From positions 443 to 64,442 of the forward strand of contig JAANXH010000043.1 in assembly GCA_018263355.1 (NCBI GenBank): a DNA stretch of 64,000 bases, read 5' to 3'. Positions within the stretch are counted from its first letter, which is position 1; each line of letters starts with the position of its first letter. Under the pieces are notes generated by a model. It saw only the letters and a program-made list of their open reading frames with translations, was not told where the DNA came from and did not search any database. Shown one piece after another: positions 37,978 through 48,082 of this stretch. The translations under genes and the position numbers were made by a program. The DNA comes from Candidatus Woesearchaeota archaeon. GTDB taxonomy: Archaea; Nanobdellota; Nanobdellia; Woesearchaeales; JAGVZT01.

Positions 37978-38553
37978 ATGAATGTTATTACAAAAGATGA
38001 AGTAATGCTTAACAAAAAGAAAATTGTAAAGCAGATAAAACAAGGTGCTGTTTTTATTCATCCTACAGATACCATATATGGGATCGGATGTAGTGTTATT
38101 GATAAAGATGCTGTTAAAACTGTAAGAAATGTGAAAAAAAGGAATTTTATGCCTTTTTCAGTATTTGCACCATCTAAAGACTGGATTTTTGAAAATTGTA
38201 AGGTTAGCAATAAAGCAGAGGAATGGATAGAGAAACTGCCTGGGCCATATACTTTAATACTAGCGCTTAAAAATAAAGATGCTGTTGTCCCAGAAGTAAA
38301 TAATAATTTAAACACAATAGGAGTTAGAATTCCTGACCACTGGTTTAGAGAAGTAGTTAGTGAGCTTGACACCCCAATTGTTACAACAAGTGCAAATATT
38401 AAAGGAGATAATTTTATGACCTGCTTGGATAATCTTAACCCAAAGATTAAATCTACAATGAGTTTTATTGTTTATGAAGGTGAAAAACAGGGTAAACCTT
38501 CTACACTAGTTGATCTTTCTAAAAAAGAACCCAAAATAATTCACAGATCTTAA
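37978..38553 (+). CDS. tsaC: L-threonylcarbamoyladenylate synthase (TsaC/Sua5 YrdC domain)
   Basis: PTDTIYGIG, K.R, LPGPYT, GVRIPDH, TTSAN. Confidence 0.9.
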   Translation: MNVITKDEVMLNKKKIVKQIKQGAVFIHPTDTIYGIGCSVIDKDAVKTVRNVKKRNFMPFSVFAPSKDWIFENCKVSNKAEEWIEKLPGPYTLILALKNKDAVVPEVNNNLNTIGVRIPDHWFREVVSELDTPIVTTSANIKGDNFMTCLDNLNPKIKSTMSFIVYEGEKQGKPSTLVDLSKKEPKIIHRS

Positions 38554-38591
38554 TAAGATTTTTAAATAAAGCCAGATTTAAGTGGTTTAAG

Positions 38592-39194
38592 ATGAAAATA
38601 CTAGCATTTGGGGATATTCATGGTGATTCCAGATTAGCTTTAAAACTAGCTGAAAGGGCTGAAAAAGAAAATGTGGACTTAGTTGTTTTATGTGGAGATA
38701 TTACTTATAATGACCAATCCACAGACAATCTTATTGGACCTTTTGTTAAAAAAAACAAAAAGATTTTACTTGTACCTGGGAACCATGAAAGTGTTGCAAC
38801 TACTGATTTTTTAGCTAGACTATATGGTGCTACAAATTTACATGGTTATTCTATTACTGCAGGAGATGTTGGGTTTTTTGGATGTGGTGGAGCTAATATT
38901 GGAATTCATCAGTTAGAAGAAAAAGAGATATTTAATTTGCTCAAAAAAAGTCATGAGAGTATTGAAAAAGTTAAAAAGAAGATTATGGTTACTCATGTAC
39001 ATCCGTCTGGTTCAACAATGGAAAAGATGACAAAGTTCTTTCCTGGATCAAAAGGTGTGAAAAAAGCTATTGATGAGTTTAAACCAGATTTACTGCTTTG
39101 CTCACATGTGCATGAAGCAGAAGGCCTTGAAGAGATGATAGGCAAGACAAAAGTAATTAATGTAGGCAAAGAAGGAAAAATAATTGAACTATAA
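38592..39194 (+). CDS. Metallophosphoesterase
   Basis: GDIHG, GD, PGNHE, THVHP, HVHE. Confidence 0.85.
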   Translation: MKILAFGDIHGDSRLALKLAERAEKENVDLVVLCGDITYNDQSTDNLIGPFVKKNKKILLVPGNHESVATTDFLARLYGATNLHGYSITAGDVGFFGCGGANIGIHQLEEKEIFNLLKKSHESIEKVKKKIMVTHVHPSGSTMEKMTKFFPGSKGVKKAIDEFKPDLLLCSHVHEAEGLEEMIGKTKVINVGKEGKIIEL

Positions 39195-39213
39195 GAAAAA
39201 TAAATTTCTAAGA

Positions 39214-40671
39214 TTAACCTTTTATACTAATCAAAGGCTTTACCCTAACTACTTTTCTTGCAACATTTGAGTTGTGCATTACATTTACAACCATATTTAC
39301 TGCTTTGTATGCTCCTGGTGCTTCTTCTGCAACCCCTTTTAGACTATGGCCTCTGATAATAATTCCTTTTTCTGCTAGTTTTCTTACTAGCTCTCTTCCT
39401 CTCCACTGTCTTTTAGCCTGATTTCTTGACATTACTCTTCCTGCACCATGAATAGCGCTTCCAAAAGTCTCCCTCATCCCTGTATCTGTTCCATGAAGTA
39501 TGTAAGAAGATGTTCCCATTGTTCCTCCAACTAATACTGGCTGACCAATTTGTCTGTATGCTTTTGGGATTTCCTCTCTGCCCGGACCAAATGCACGGGT
39601 TGCTCCTTTTCTGTGCACTAATAATTCTTTTTGTTTTGATTTAACTGTGTGCTTTTCTATTTTCACATTATTGTGGCCAATTTCATAAAAAGTTTGAATT
39701 TCATCTGGATTTACATTGATTGCTTTGAATGCTTTTCTTGTTAGATGAGTTATCATTTGTCTGTTTGCAAATGCACAATTGATTCCTGCTTTAACTGCAG
39801 AAAAATATGCTCTTCCTTCATCACTTTGAATCGGAGCGCATACAAGTTCCTTTTCTCTTATTGGAATATTGTATTTTTTGCTTGCTGCTTCTAATTTTTT
39901 TAAGTAGTCTGTTCCAATTTGATGGCCAAGTGCTCTTGAGCCACAATGAATACTTACAAGAATTTGGTCTTTAAACAAACCATAAGCGTTAGCAGCTTTT
40001 TCATCATAAATCTCATCCACATATTGGACTTCTAGATAATGATTACCTGAGCCCAAGGTTCCTACTTGCCTAAATTGTCTTTGTTTAGCTTTGTTACTTA
40101 CTTTTGAAGGATCTGCTCCTTTAACCCTACCGTTTTCTTCCATATACTCAAGATCATTTTTATTTCCATATCCCCTACCAACAACATATTCAGCTCCCTG
40201 CATTAATACCTGATCAATTTGCTTCATATCTAATTTTAAATTTCCTTTTGAGCCTATTCCTGCTGGAACTGTGTTAAATAGTGAGTCAGCTAACTTTTTC
40301 TTTACTTTTTCAACATCCTTTTTAGTAAGTTGTGTTTTTAAGGTTCTAACACCACAATTAATATCAAAACCAACTCCTGCAACACTTATTACTCCTTCTT
40401 GCATGTCAAATGCACCAACACCACCAATTGGAAAACCATATCCTGGATGAACATCAGACATAGCCAGTGAAAATTCCTGGATTCCTGGTAAGCTTGCAAC
40501 ATTTTTAATTTGATTAAAGGCATTCCATTTTTTGCCTGCTTTAACATCTGCTAAAAGATGATCAATTATCTGCCTGTTAGCATATATTCTACCCGGAACT
40601 CTCATATCACCTTGTTTTGGGATTTCCCACACATAATCTTTAACTTTTTTTACCTCTTGCATTTTTATCAC
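39214..40671 (-). CDS. rtcB: RtcB tRNA-splicing ligase
   Basis: DVHPGYGFPIG, DINCG, GSGNHYLE, HN, HRKGAT, HGAGR. Confidence 0.96.
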   Translation of the reverse strand: MIKMQEVKKVKDYVWEIPKQGDMRVPGRIYANRQIIDHLLADVKAGKKWNAFNQIKNVASLPGIQEFSLAMSDVHPGYGFPIGGVGAFDMQEGVISVAGVGFDINCGVRTLKTQLTKKDVEKVKKKLADSLFNTVPAGIGSKGNLKLDMKQIDQVLMQGAEYVVGRGYGNKNDLEYMEENGRVKGADPSKVSNKAKQRQFRQVGTLGSGNHYLEVQYVDEIYDEKAANAYGLFKDQILVSIHCGSRALGHQIGTDYLKKLEAASKKYNIPIREKELVCAPIQSDEGRAYFSAVKAGINCAFANRQMITHLTRKAFKAINVNPDEIQTFYEIGHNNVKIEKHTVKSKQKELLVHRKGATRAFGPGREEIPKAYRQIGQPVLVGGTMGTSSYILHGTDTGMRETFGSAIHGAGRVMSRNQAKRQWRGRELVRKLAEKGIIIRGHSLKGVAEEAPGAYKAVNMVVNVMHNSNVARKVVRVKPLISIKG

Positions 40672-41091
40672 CTACACATCTAGTAAACATTCAAAATAAT
40701 GTTGTTTGCCTTCATATTTATAATCTAAACCTGAGTATGTCGCTGCCTTGACTTCTGTTTTAGTCTCGTGCTTGTCAAGATTAATTTTCTCTCCTATTGC
40801 TTGTCCAATTAAAGAAAATCCTTTGTCTTCTATTATTTTTACTTTAAAATCTGAAAAAAACATAATACTAATATCCATTTGAGCTAGTAATTCATTTAAC
40901 CATTCAATAAACAAGGCAGGGAGATTGTCTGCTTTGCAGTTTATTTCTACTTCTTTTTTGTGTTCTACTTGGTCTAAATCAATCATCACATTAAACATTG
41001 CCTTGGCTCCATCCTCAAATGCCTTCTTTACTGTGTTTCCAAAGGCTTGGATTCCAACATCTGCTTCATGTTCTAAGTATTTGTAACCCAT
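40672..41091 (-). CDS. Archease
   Basis: YKYLEHEADVG and EVKAATY motifs; immediately upstream of rtcB. Confidence 0.92.
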   Translation of the reverse strand: MGYKYLEHEADVGIQAFGNTVKKAFEDGAKAMFNVMIDLDQVEHKKEVEINCKADNLPALFIEWLNELLAQMDISIMFFSDFKVKIIEDKGFSLIGQAIGEKINLDKHETKTEVKAATYSGLDYKYEGKQHYFECLLDV

Positions 41092-41170
41092 AATCTAAAG
41101 TATTGCATATGTGTTTAAAAGGTTTGTGTACAATATCAGATAGGACTTATCAAAGAAAAACTTTTTATAT

Positions 41171-42700
41171 GTGTATATACTCCATATAAATATGGCTGTA
41201 ATGTCTTTGGTTTGGGGTATATTTAGTAGTGGGACTACAAAACAGTTAATTATAACTTTTTTAATTCTGTTAATTGGGTTTATATTTGCTAGATTTTCAA
41301 CTAAAATTATCCATGCACTGTACAGGGCAATCAGAGGAAAGGAGTCTATTAAATTACACGAGGAAAAAGAGCCTTTACTAAAGTTTATCAAATATGTTAT
41401 TATGAGTCTAACTATTATTTCTGCTTTAGTATATCTTAGAGTTTCGATTGTTGAACATCTTAAGTTAACTTATGACTTAGTTCCAGAGATTTTGTCGGTT
41501 ATTTTAGTTTTAGTCCTAGGGGTGACCATTATTGAGTTTTTTATTTTTATCTTAAAGTCATTTTTCAAATCAGTGGGTCTTGATAAGTATATGGATTTGT
41601 ATAATTTAGGGCACTTGCTTGGAGTAATAATATGGATTGTTAAGATTACACTTCATTTAGTTCTGCTTGAGATCCTGCTTAGAATGGTAGGTATTGACTT
41701 TACACCTTTTACTACTTTTCTTAGGATTGTTTTGTATGCATCATTTATTTTATTAGTGTTATTTATTTTTATTGGTCTAAAATGGTTTGTAGAAAATCTT
41801 TTTGCAGGTTTGTTTTTGAGAAGTATTCCTTTTTTTAAGGTTGGAAGAAGCATTAAGTATAAAAAATTTAAAGGAGAAATTGAAAACATTACCAAGGCAG
41901 CAACCACAATAAAAAAAGGTAAAAAAGTCCTTTGGATACCTAATAAATTAATGACACATGCTGAACTTGAGTTTGAAGAAAAAATCCCAGAGTTAAAATC
42001 TCTGCCAAAAATAAAAAAGTATTTTGTTGAACAGCGTCCGAGTTATTGCGGTCCTGCTTCTGCAGAGATTATCTTAAATATTTTTGGCCACAAAGCTGAC
42101 CAATTAAAAATTGGTGAGATGTGTAAAACAAAAACAGGTGTTGGAACCCACCCTAAAACATTGATCAAAGTTTTAGAAAAACTCACTAAAAATAAAGTAA
42201 AGGGAAAATGGATTGACTACAATTATATACTGGATTTACATAGAGAAATTAAAACCTGGCTTGATCAGGGTGCATTAGTTATTATTGACTATAAGAAAAA
42301 CTTTTTATTTCCAAAAGCAAAAACTGCCCATTATTCTGTGGTTGTAGCTGTTGAAGGAAATGAATTATTAGTTGTTGACCCAAGTATGCATACTGGAGGA
42401 GTATATTATGTTAATCCAAAAAGGGTTTTTAAGGGAATGAATACTTACTCAAATCTTATTCAAGGAAAAAGGGGATATATTGTACTTGCCCCTTCAGGTA
42501 CTAATGCATTTTGGAGAATTGAAAATGATCTTGTTTATGCTGATCTTAGTATTTACAAGGATCTTAGTAAAAAATTAAGAAATAAGTTAAACAAACTTAT
42601 CAATACAACTACAAATGGTACAATATTTCCAAAAAAGGTCAAAAAGTTTCTTAATACATGGGAAAAAAAGGAAAAAGTAAATCGGGTTTGGAAACCTTAG
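41171..42700 (+). CDS. MscS-like membrane domain fused to a C39-like cysteine peptidase
   Basis: Multiple TMs, EN.FAGLFL...F..G..I...GEI beta-domain, then Q...CGPAS, HY.VV, DP. Confidence 0.7.
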   Translation: MYILHINMAVMSLVWGIFSSGTTKQLIITFLILLIGFIFARFSTKIIHALYRAIRGKESIKLHEEKEPLLKFIKYVIMSLTIISALVYLRVSIVEHLKLTYDLVPEILSVILVLVLGVTIIEFFIFILKSFFKSVGLDKYMDLYNLGHLLGVIIWIVKITLHLVLLEILLRMVGIDFTPFTTFLRIVLYASFILLVLFIFIGLKWFVENLFAGLFLRSIPFFKVGRSIKYKKFKGEIENITKAATTIKKGKKVLWIPNKLMTHAELEFEEKIPELKSLPKIKKYFVEQRPSYCGPASAEIILNIFGHKADQLKIGEMCKTKTGVGTHPKTLIKVLEKLTKNKVKGKWIDYNYILDLHREIKTWLDQGALVIIDYKKNFLFPKAKTAHYSVVVAVEGNELLVVDPSMHTGGVYYVNPKRVFKGMNTYSNLIQGKRGYIVLAPSGTNAFWRIENDLVYADLSIYKDLSKKLRNKLNKLINTTTNGTIFPKKVKKFLNTWEKKEKVNRVWKP

Positions 42701-43524
42701 AATTCCTTTGTCCTTTTAATTTCAACATCAATCTTTTTCATTAATCTTTTTATCTTGTCTTTGTGACCACTAAGACCTTTCCAATCTAGAATAATCAGCT
42801 CTGATTTAGGAATAGTTCTGTCCATTGCCTGTTTTATCATTTCAAGAGTAAGGTTTTTGACCATATACTTTGGGCATACATGACCAATGGCAATATCTGA
42901 ATCTAGAATTATTTTTTTAAAGTTTGGTGTGTGGTGCAAGCCACCTATTCCTACTGCAGTTCTGTATTTAGGAATATCTGAGGTGATAATAGAATGAATA
43001 GTTTCTGCAATTATGTTTGATGCATTTTTGTCAGTCCATCTTTGTTTTGAAGAGCCAATCTCAATAAACATAGAAGGTTTTTGCAAGTATGGCCCGTGAT
43101 GCGTACATTCTTGGATTATGTCATAATCTGTGTTCTTTGCAAGATTTTGCAGTTTTATCAGCCCTTTTTTCAAATAATTTGCAGGACTCACCGCTAATTG
43201 AGATTTTTTTCCACCAAAATCTGCACTTCCCCAATTACCCTGTGTGTGCACACTTAAGCTAGGAATACCTGATTTAGATTCATGTTTTGTTGCAAAAATA
43301 AACATATCTGCTTTGATTTGCATATCCATATTTTCACAATATACAGAATCTTTTTGTGTAGTATATAACTTGGTATTTTCTAGTTCATAAACAGGTTCTG
43401 ATTCAAATACTCCTTTTTTTTCAAATGAATAAAGATCTAGTAATGTTTTTTTTATATTCATTCCTGCTAAGTCTTTTTCAGATACAATTATTGCATATTT
43501 CATCTTGTTAATACTCTTGTACAT
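42697..43524 (-). CDS. dtdA: Archaeal D-aminoacyl-tRNA deacylase
   Basis: FATKH.S.SG..SLSVH, ECTHHGP, FIEIGS, GGLHH, HVCPKY. Confidence 0.88.
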   Translation of the reverse strand: MYKSINKMKYAIIVSEKDLAGMNIKKTLLDLYSFEKKGVFESEPVYELENTKLYTTQKDSVYCENMDMQIKADMFIFATKHESKSGIPSLSVHTQGNWGSADFGGKKSQLAVSPANYLKKGLIKLQNLAKNTDYDIIQECTHHGPYLQKPSMFIEIGSSKQRWTDKNASNIIAETIHSIITSDIPKYRTAVGIGGLHHTPNFKKIILDSDIAIGHVCPKYMVKNLTLEMIKQAMDRTIPKSELIILDWKGLSGHKDKIKRLMKKIDVEIKRTKEF

Positions 43525-43528
43525 TTCA

Positions 43529-44137
43529 TTATAGTAAATTATCTAACCTTTGTTTAAACTTTTTGATTACAGGTTTTCTTAATATTTCCATTTTTATATT
43601 TGTGGGGATCTGAGCAAATGATTTTCCTTGATACTTTTTTGCCACAAGCTTAGGAACAAAGATACAATCCCAGTCAAATCCGTATACTCCATTTTTTGGT
43701 TTTTTGGGAATACTACCTATAACTTTATGGTCCACTATAACTTTTTTGCTATGTTGCGTTTTTCCAGCTATAATCACTTGGATATGAGCATCTCTTTTTT
43801 TATCTGGATTAAGGTAATCACACCAACCTGCAAAATCACCATTAAATTTTCTGTTTGTATATCTTTTTATTAATCCTCCCGGCTTTCCATTCAATTGATT
43901 AATGTAAAATCCCACATCAGTTACAAAAAAGAAACCACTCTTATCTGCAAATTGTTTAACTGCTTTATTTAGTTTATCTACCACAACCTTTTGAACAGAC
44001 TTAGATTCTAATTCTTTTATGGGTTTAACAGGAGTGATGGGAACTACTTCATAATTTGGATTTAAAACCTCTTGAAAAATCCTTACTTTATTTTTGTTTC
44101 CAGTGACAAAATATATTCTCTTTTTTTCCTTTGCCAA
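43529..44137 (-). CDS. HAM1/ITPase-like NTP pyrophosphatase (divergent)
   Basis: FVTGN.NK, D.G....LNG.PG, GVYGFDWD.IF; the C-terminal SHR motif is absent. Confidence 0.7.
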   Translation of the reverse strand: MAKEKKRIYFVTGNKNKVRIFQEVLNPNYEVVPITPVKPIKELESKSVQKVVVDKLNKAVKQFADKSGFFFVTDVGFYINQLNGKPGGLIKRYTNRKFNGDFAGWCDYLNPDKKRDAHIQVIIAGKTQHSKKVIVDHKVIGSIPKKPKNGVYGFDWDCIFVPKLVAKKYQGKSFAQIPTNIKMEILRKPVIKKFKQRLDNLL

Positions 44138-44313
44138 TTAAATCACCAATCAAATATTATTATTAGATCTTTGAATTTATAAACCATTAAAAACTTTTTG
44201 ATAACCAAAACCCTCTTTAAAGATTCAATACAGAAAAGATACAATAGATAAGTGTAAAACTAAATGGGATTTATATTTTTGTTTGGTTTAAAATATTATT
44301 TTTATCTGACTAA

Positions 44314-45516
44314 TCACAACCTATTATATAGTGTTTTTCTAAACATAGGATTATTAACTATGTTTTCTAATAGACTGTCTGCTCTAACTAGTCCTGCTCC
44401 AAAAATCCATTTATTTTCATAATTTCTATCTGACTCTAAATGATCTGCACACCCTTGCATAATCTGCTCTAGATCCCCTGTTTTGTTCAAAGCAAGTGCC
44501 AAAGCCAAGGTTCCCGTTATATGAGGAGTTGCCATGGAAGTTCCACTCAATATTGCTGATCCTCCTCCTGGATAACAAGACATTATATCAACTCCTGGAG
44601 CTGAAATGTCATTAGTTTCCCAAATATTGCTAAATTGTGCATGTTTATTTGCTTGGTCAACTGCAGCAACTGCAATTACTGATTCATCAAAAGATGCTGG
44701 GTATGAAGGACCATAACTTTCATTGCCTGCTGCTGCTACTAAGAAATGCCCGTTATTATAAGCTAAAGCACAGATTTCTTCATATGCTAAGGATGCATTT
44801 CTTGATCCCAGACTCATGTTCATAACATCAATATTGTTTTTAATACCCCACTCAACACCTGCTATAACATCTGCTTCTGATCCAAATCCCATATCATCTA
44901 AAACTCTAACTGCATATAGTCTTGAGTCCAGACTGACCCCATAGCTTTGAGAGCAGCTGGTTGCAGCAACATGAGTTCCATGTCCTTCTTCATCCATAGG
45001 GTTTGTACCAGGAATTACTATGTCTACACCTTTTGATTTTCCAAATCTTGAGCTTAGTTCCGGATGATTATAATCAATTCCTGTGTCAATAATACCTATT
45101 GATACATTTGCACCAGTACTTATTTTATGTGCTTGATACACACCAATATTATTTAAGTTCCACAAACTGCTAAATTCAAGGCTATGGTAGATATCCGGTT
45201 TGTGAGATTTGGCAGGAACTTTTGAAACTTTTGCTACAACATCTAATGAGGTTATTGATGAAAGATCTTTTTTTAGATTCTGTGAATTAAGTTGAGAGGA
45301 TATTTGTCTAACATGTCCGGCAGATAGTGTGACACTCACATAAGGAATTAATTCATATATGTGGTCTATTTTACCATAGTTGTCTAATACTTGAGCAATT
45401 TTTTCTTGGTGTCCGTTTTTTACTCTGATTAGTACACTAAAATCATCATCTTTATGTGATCTTGCTAGTCTTGATTCAAGGTGATCTTTTCTTCTGATTT
45501 GTCTTAGAATTTTCAT
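44314..45516 (-). CDS. S8 subtilisin-like protease with propeptide
   Basis: IIDTGID, GHGTHVA, AAGN, GTSMATPH. Confidence 0.92.
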   Translation of the reverse strand: MKILRQIRRKDHLESRLARSHKDDDFSVLIRVKNGHQEKIAQVLDNYGKIDHIYELIPYVSVTLSAGHVRQISSQLNSQNLKKDLSSITSLDVVAKVSKVPAKSHKPDIYHSLEFSSLWNLNNIGVYQAHKISTGANVSIGIIDTGIDYNHPELSSRFGKSKGVDIVIPGTNPMDEEGHGTHVAATSCSQSYGVSLDSRLYAVRVLDDMGFGSEADVIAGVEWGIKNNIDVMNMSLGSRNASLAYEEICALAYNNGHFLVAAAGNESYGPSYPASFDESVIAVAAVDQANKHAQFSNIWETNDISAPGVDIMSCYPGGGSAILSGTSMATPHITGTLALALALNKTGDLEQIMQGCADHLESDRNYENKWIFGAGLVRADSLLENIVNNPMFRKTLYNRL

Positions 45517-45655
45517 AAGATAGTTTTCACATTTATGTTAAAAATATCTTAAGGTCTTTTTTCCGAAAAGTTTTCGAAAAATACGAAAAAAATTATTTTT
45601 CACATTATAGTGTACAGTAAACTTTTTAAAACCCCACGGATTCTGCAGATTAAAG

Positions 45656-45973
45656 ATGATTGTAATTTACATTACTTTTCCTGATAAAAAAGAGGCTCAA
45701 TCTGTTTCTAGGGTGCTTCTTGAAAAAAAATTAATTGCATGTTCTAATATTTACAGTTTTGACTCAAGTTATTGGTGGAAAAACCAGATTAAGACAAAAC
45801 AGGAATTTGCTATGATTGCAAAGACCACACAAGAAAAATATGAATCTGTAAAACAAGAAGTTGAAAGATCACACAGTTATGATATTCCTTGTATTACTTA
45901 CTGGAAAGCTAACGCAAACAAAAAATACATTGATTGGATGAAGCGATGCGTGAATGAAGGATCATTTGATTAA
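45656..45973 (+). CDS. cutA: CutA divalent-cation tolerance protein
   Basis: LIACSN, S.YWW, HSYDIPCI. Confidence 0.9.
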   Translation: MIVIYITFPDKKEAQSVSRVLLEKKLIACSNIYSFDSSYWWKNQIKTKQEFAMIAKTTQEKYESVKQEVERSHSYDIPCITYWKANANKKYIDWMKRCVNEGSFD

Positions 45974-46172
45974 ACAGAATATGGAATGCCTATATTGTAG
46001 TGAAGAGGCAGAGAAGAGATGGGTCTCTGAATGGAACTGTGAACATCATTATAAGTCATTTTGCTGCAAGAATTGTGGTAAGAAAAATTTTGTCAGAGTA
46101 AATTTTCAGGGTTCTGGACATGATTCTTGGGGACTTGAAGATAAGATTAATTCTGACAAGAAAATCTTATAA
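45954..46172 (+). CDS. Small zinc-ribbon protein
   Basis: CxxC...CxxC plus GSGHD. Confidence 0.65.
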   Translation: MKDHLIKQNMECLYCSEEAEKRWVSEWNCEHHYKSFCCKNCGKKNFVRVNFQGSGHDSWGLEDKINSDKKIL

Positions 46173-47303
46173 GATTTGTTTTAATGTATCTACAGCTGTA
46201 TCAACATGTTCTTTTTCAATTATCAATGGAGGTAGAAACCTAACAACTGTTGAGGCAGCAGGTATTGCTAAAATTCCAAATTCCTGCAATTTCTTCAGAT
46301 AAGCAGAATGTCTCTTTCTAAGATCCAAAGCAATCATCAACCCTCTTCCTCTTGCCTCTCTTATTGTTGGACTTTCAATCTGTGATAATTGTTCTATAAA
46401 ATAATCTCCCATTTGTTTTGAATGCTCCAGCAGATTATTCTCTTCAATAAAATTAATGGTTGCAGATCCTGCTGCACATGCTAATGGATTTCCTCCAAAA
46501 GTGCATGAGTGCATTCCTTTTGATAATTTTTCCGAAACTTTTTGTGAGATTAATGTAACTCCAATTGGAACACCATTTGCAAGACTTTTTGCCATGCACA
46601 TTATATCTGGTTTAATGCCATATAGTTGGGAAGCAGTCCAGTTTCCAGTTCTAAGTCCTGTTTGTACCTCATCAAAAACCAGTAAAGCATCATTATCATC
46701 ACATAAATCCCTGGCGCATTTCAAAAACTCTTTGGTTGCAGGTCTAATTCCCGACTCTCCCTGAATTGGTTCTAATAATACTGCTGCTGTTTTTTTGTTT
46801 ACAGCCAGTTTTAGTTGCTCAATATTGTTGTAAGATATTGGTTCAAATTCTGTAAATAATGGTTTGAAAGGTTTTTGATATTTTGGACTTGAAGTTGTTG
46901 CTGAAAGTGCTCCTAAAGTCTTACCATGATATCCAAGTTTTGCTGTAATAATCTTTCTATTTTTTGAGTAAGCCCACACAAACTTTATTGCAGCTTCAAC
47001 TGACTCAGTACCTGAATTTGAAAGATATACCTTTGTTAAATTTTTGGGAGTAATCTCTATTAATTTTTGTGCAAATTTCTGCCTAGTTTTATTTTCAAAA
47101 CTGCAATGCAGGCTTGTTAGATTTTGAATCTGTGTATTTACTGCCTTATTAACTGCATTGTTTGCATGTCCAATGATATTTACACCATAATTAGTCATTA
47201 AGTCTAAATATTTTTTCCCCTGTGTGTCATATACATAAATTCCTTTCCCCCTTTCAATATCAAGACCTCTAGTCATATAAGTTGGAGCCATATTTTCATT
47301 CAT
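46167..47303 (-). CDS. lysJ: [LysW]-aminoadipate semialdehyde transaminase
   Basis: Class III PLP: NSGTES.E, YHG.T, EPIQGE.G, DEVQTG, AK.L; operon context. Confidence 0.85.
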   Translation of the reverse strand: MNENMAPTYMTRGLDIERGKGIYVYDTQGKKYLDLMTNYGVNIIGHANNAVNKAVNTQIQNLTSLHCSFENKTRQKFAQKLIEITPKNLTKVYLSNSGTESVEAAIKFVWAYSKNRKIITAKLGYHGKTLGALSATTSSPKYQKPFKPLFTEFEPISYNNIEQLKLAVNKKTAAVLLEPIQGESGIRPATKEFLKCARDLCDDNDALLVFDEVQTGLRTGNWTASQLYGIKPDIMCMAKSLANGVPIGVTLISQKVSEKLSKGMHSCTFGGNPLACAAGSATINFIEENNLLEHSKQMGDYFIEQLSQIESPTIREARGRGLMIALDLRKRHSAYLKKLQEFGILAIPAASTVVRFLPPLIIEKEHVDTAVDTLKQIL

Positions 47304-48082
47304 CTTATCACCGTCCCATTTGCATTTGTTATTGGATTTTCAATCCTACCATCTGTAATAATAACTTCTGTCGGAGCTGATTCAAATAGTTTTTTGATAG
47401 CCAAAATTTTCCTTTTCATTCTTCCTTTTACCTGCTCTAATCTTTGATCTAGTTCCTTTGCACAAATCTCTTCTACTAGGGAACTTGGATCATTTAGATC
47501 ATCTAAAAATCCTGGTGCTTCAATTAACTGAATAATTTTGTCAGCTCTAATCTCATTATGAATAACCCTTACAATATTGTCATTTTCAGAATTTATTGCA
47601 AATGCCTTTTCATCAATTATTGGAACAGTAATTACAGGAACAAAACCATTATTAAGCAGAAGTTCTAGCAATTTTTTGTTTGCTTTCCTTGGTTTTCCTG
47701 AAAAATCTCTTACAATCTTCAATTTATTGTCTTTTTTTACTCTTATGCCTCTGTTTCTTTTACCTTGAATTAGTTTTCCGTCCAGACCAGTTAATCCTAT
47801 TGCATTGATATTGTTTTGCTGGCATAACTCTACAATTCTTTTATTTCTCAGGCCAGAGTAAGCCATCATCATTACATCCAAAGCATCTTTATCTGAAAAA
47901 ACACTTGAGTAACCAGATGCAGAGGTAATTGTTTTTTTAGGCTTTCCAAGCTGCTCCCCAATCTCATCTCTAAGTGCATTTGCTCCGTGTACAATTATGA
48001 ATTTTTCATCTAACTTAGCAAGATCTTTTATTGTTCCTTCTATGTTTATTTTATCTCCTCCTCCAATTTTGACAATTATCAT
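47300..48082 (-). CDS. lysZ: [LysW]-aminoadipate kinase
   Basis: VKIGG, VHGAN, GRMKRK; operon context. Confidence 0.88.
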   Translation of the reverse strand: MIIVKIGGGDKINIEGTIKDLAKLDEKFIIVHGANALRDEIGEQLGKPKKTITSASGYSSVFSDKDALDVMMMAYSGLRNKRIVELCQQNNINAIGLTGLDGKLIQGKRNRGIRVKKDNKLKIVRDFSGKPRKANKKLLELLLNNGFVPVITVPIIDEKAFAINSENDNIVRVIHNEIRADKIIQLIEAPGFLDDLNDPSSLVEEICAKELDQRLEQVKGRMKRKILAIKKLFESAPTEVIITDGRIENPITNANGTVIR

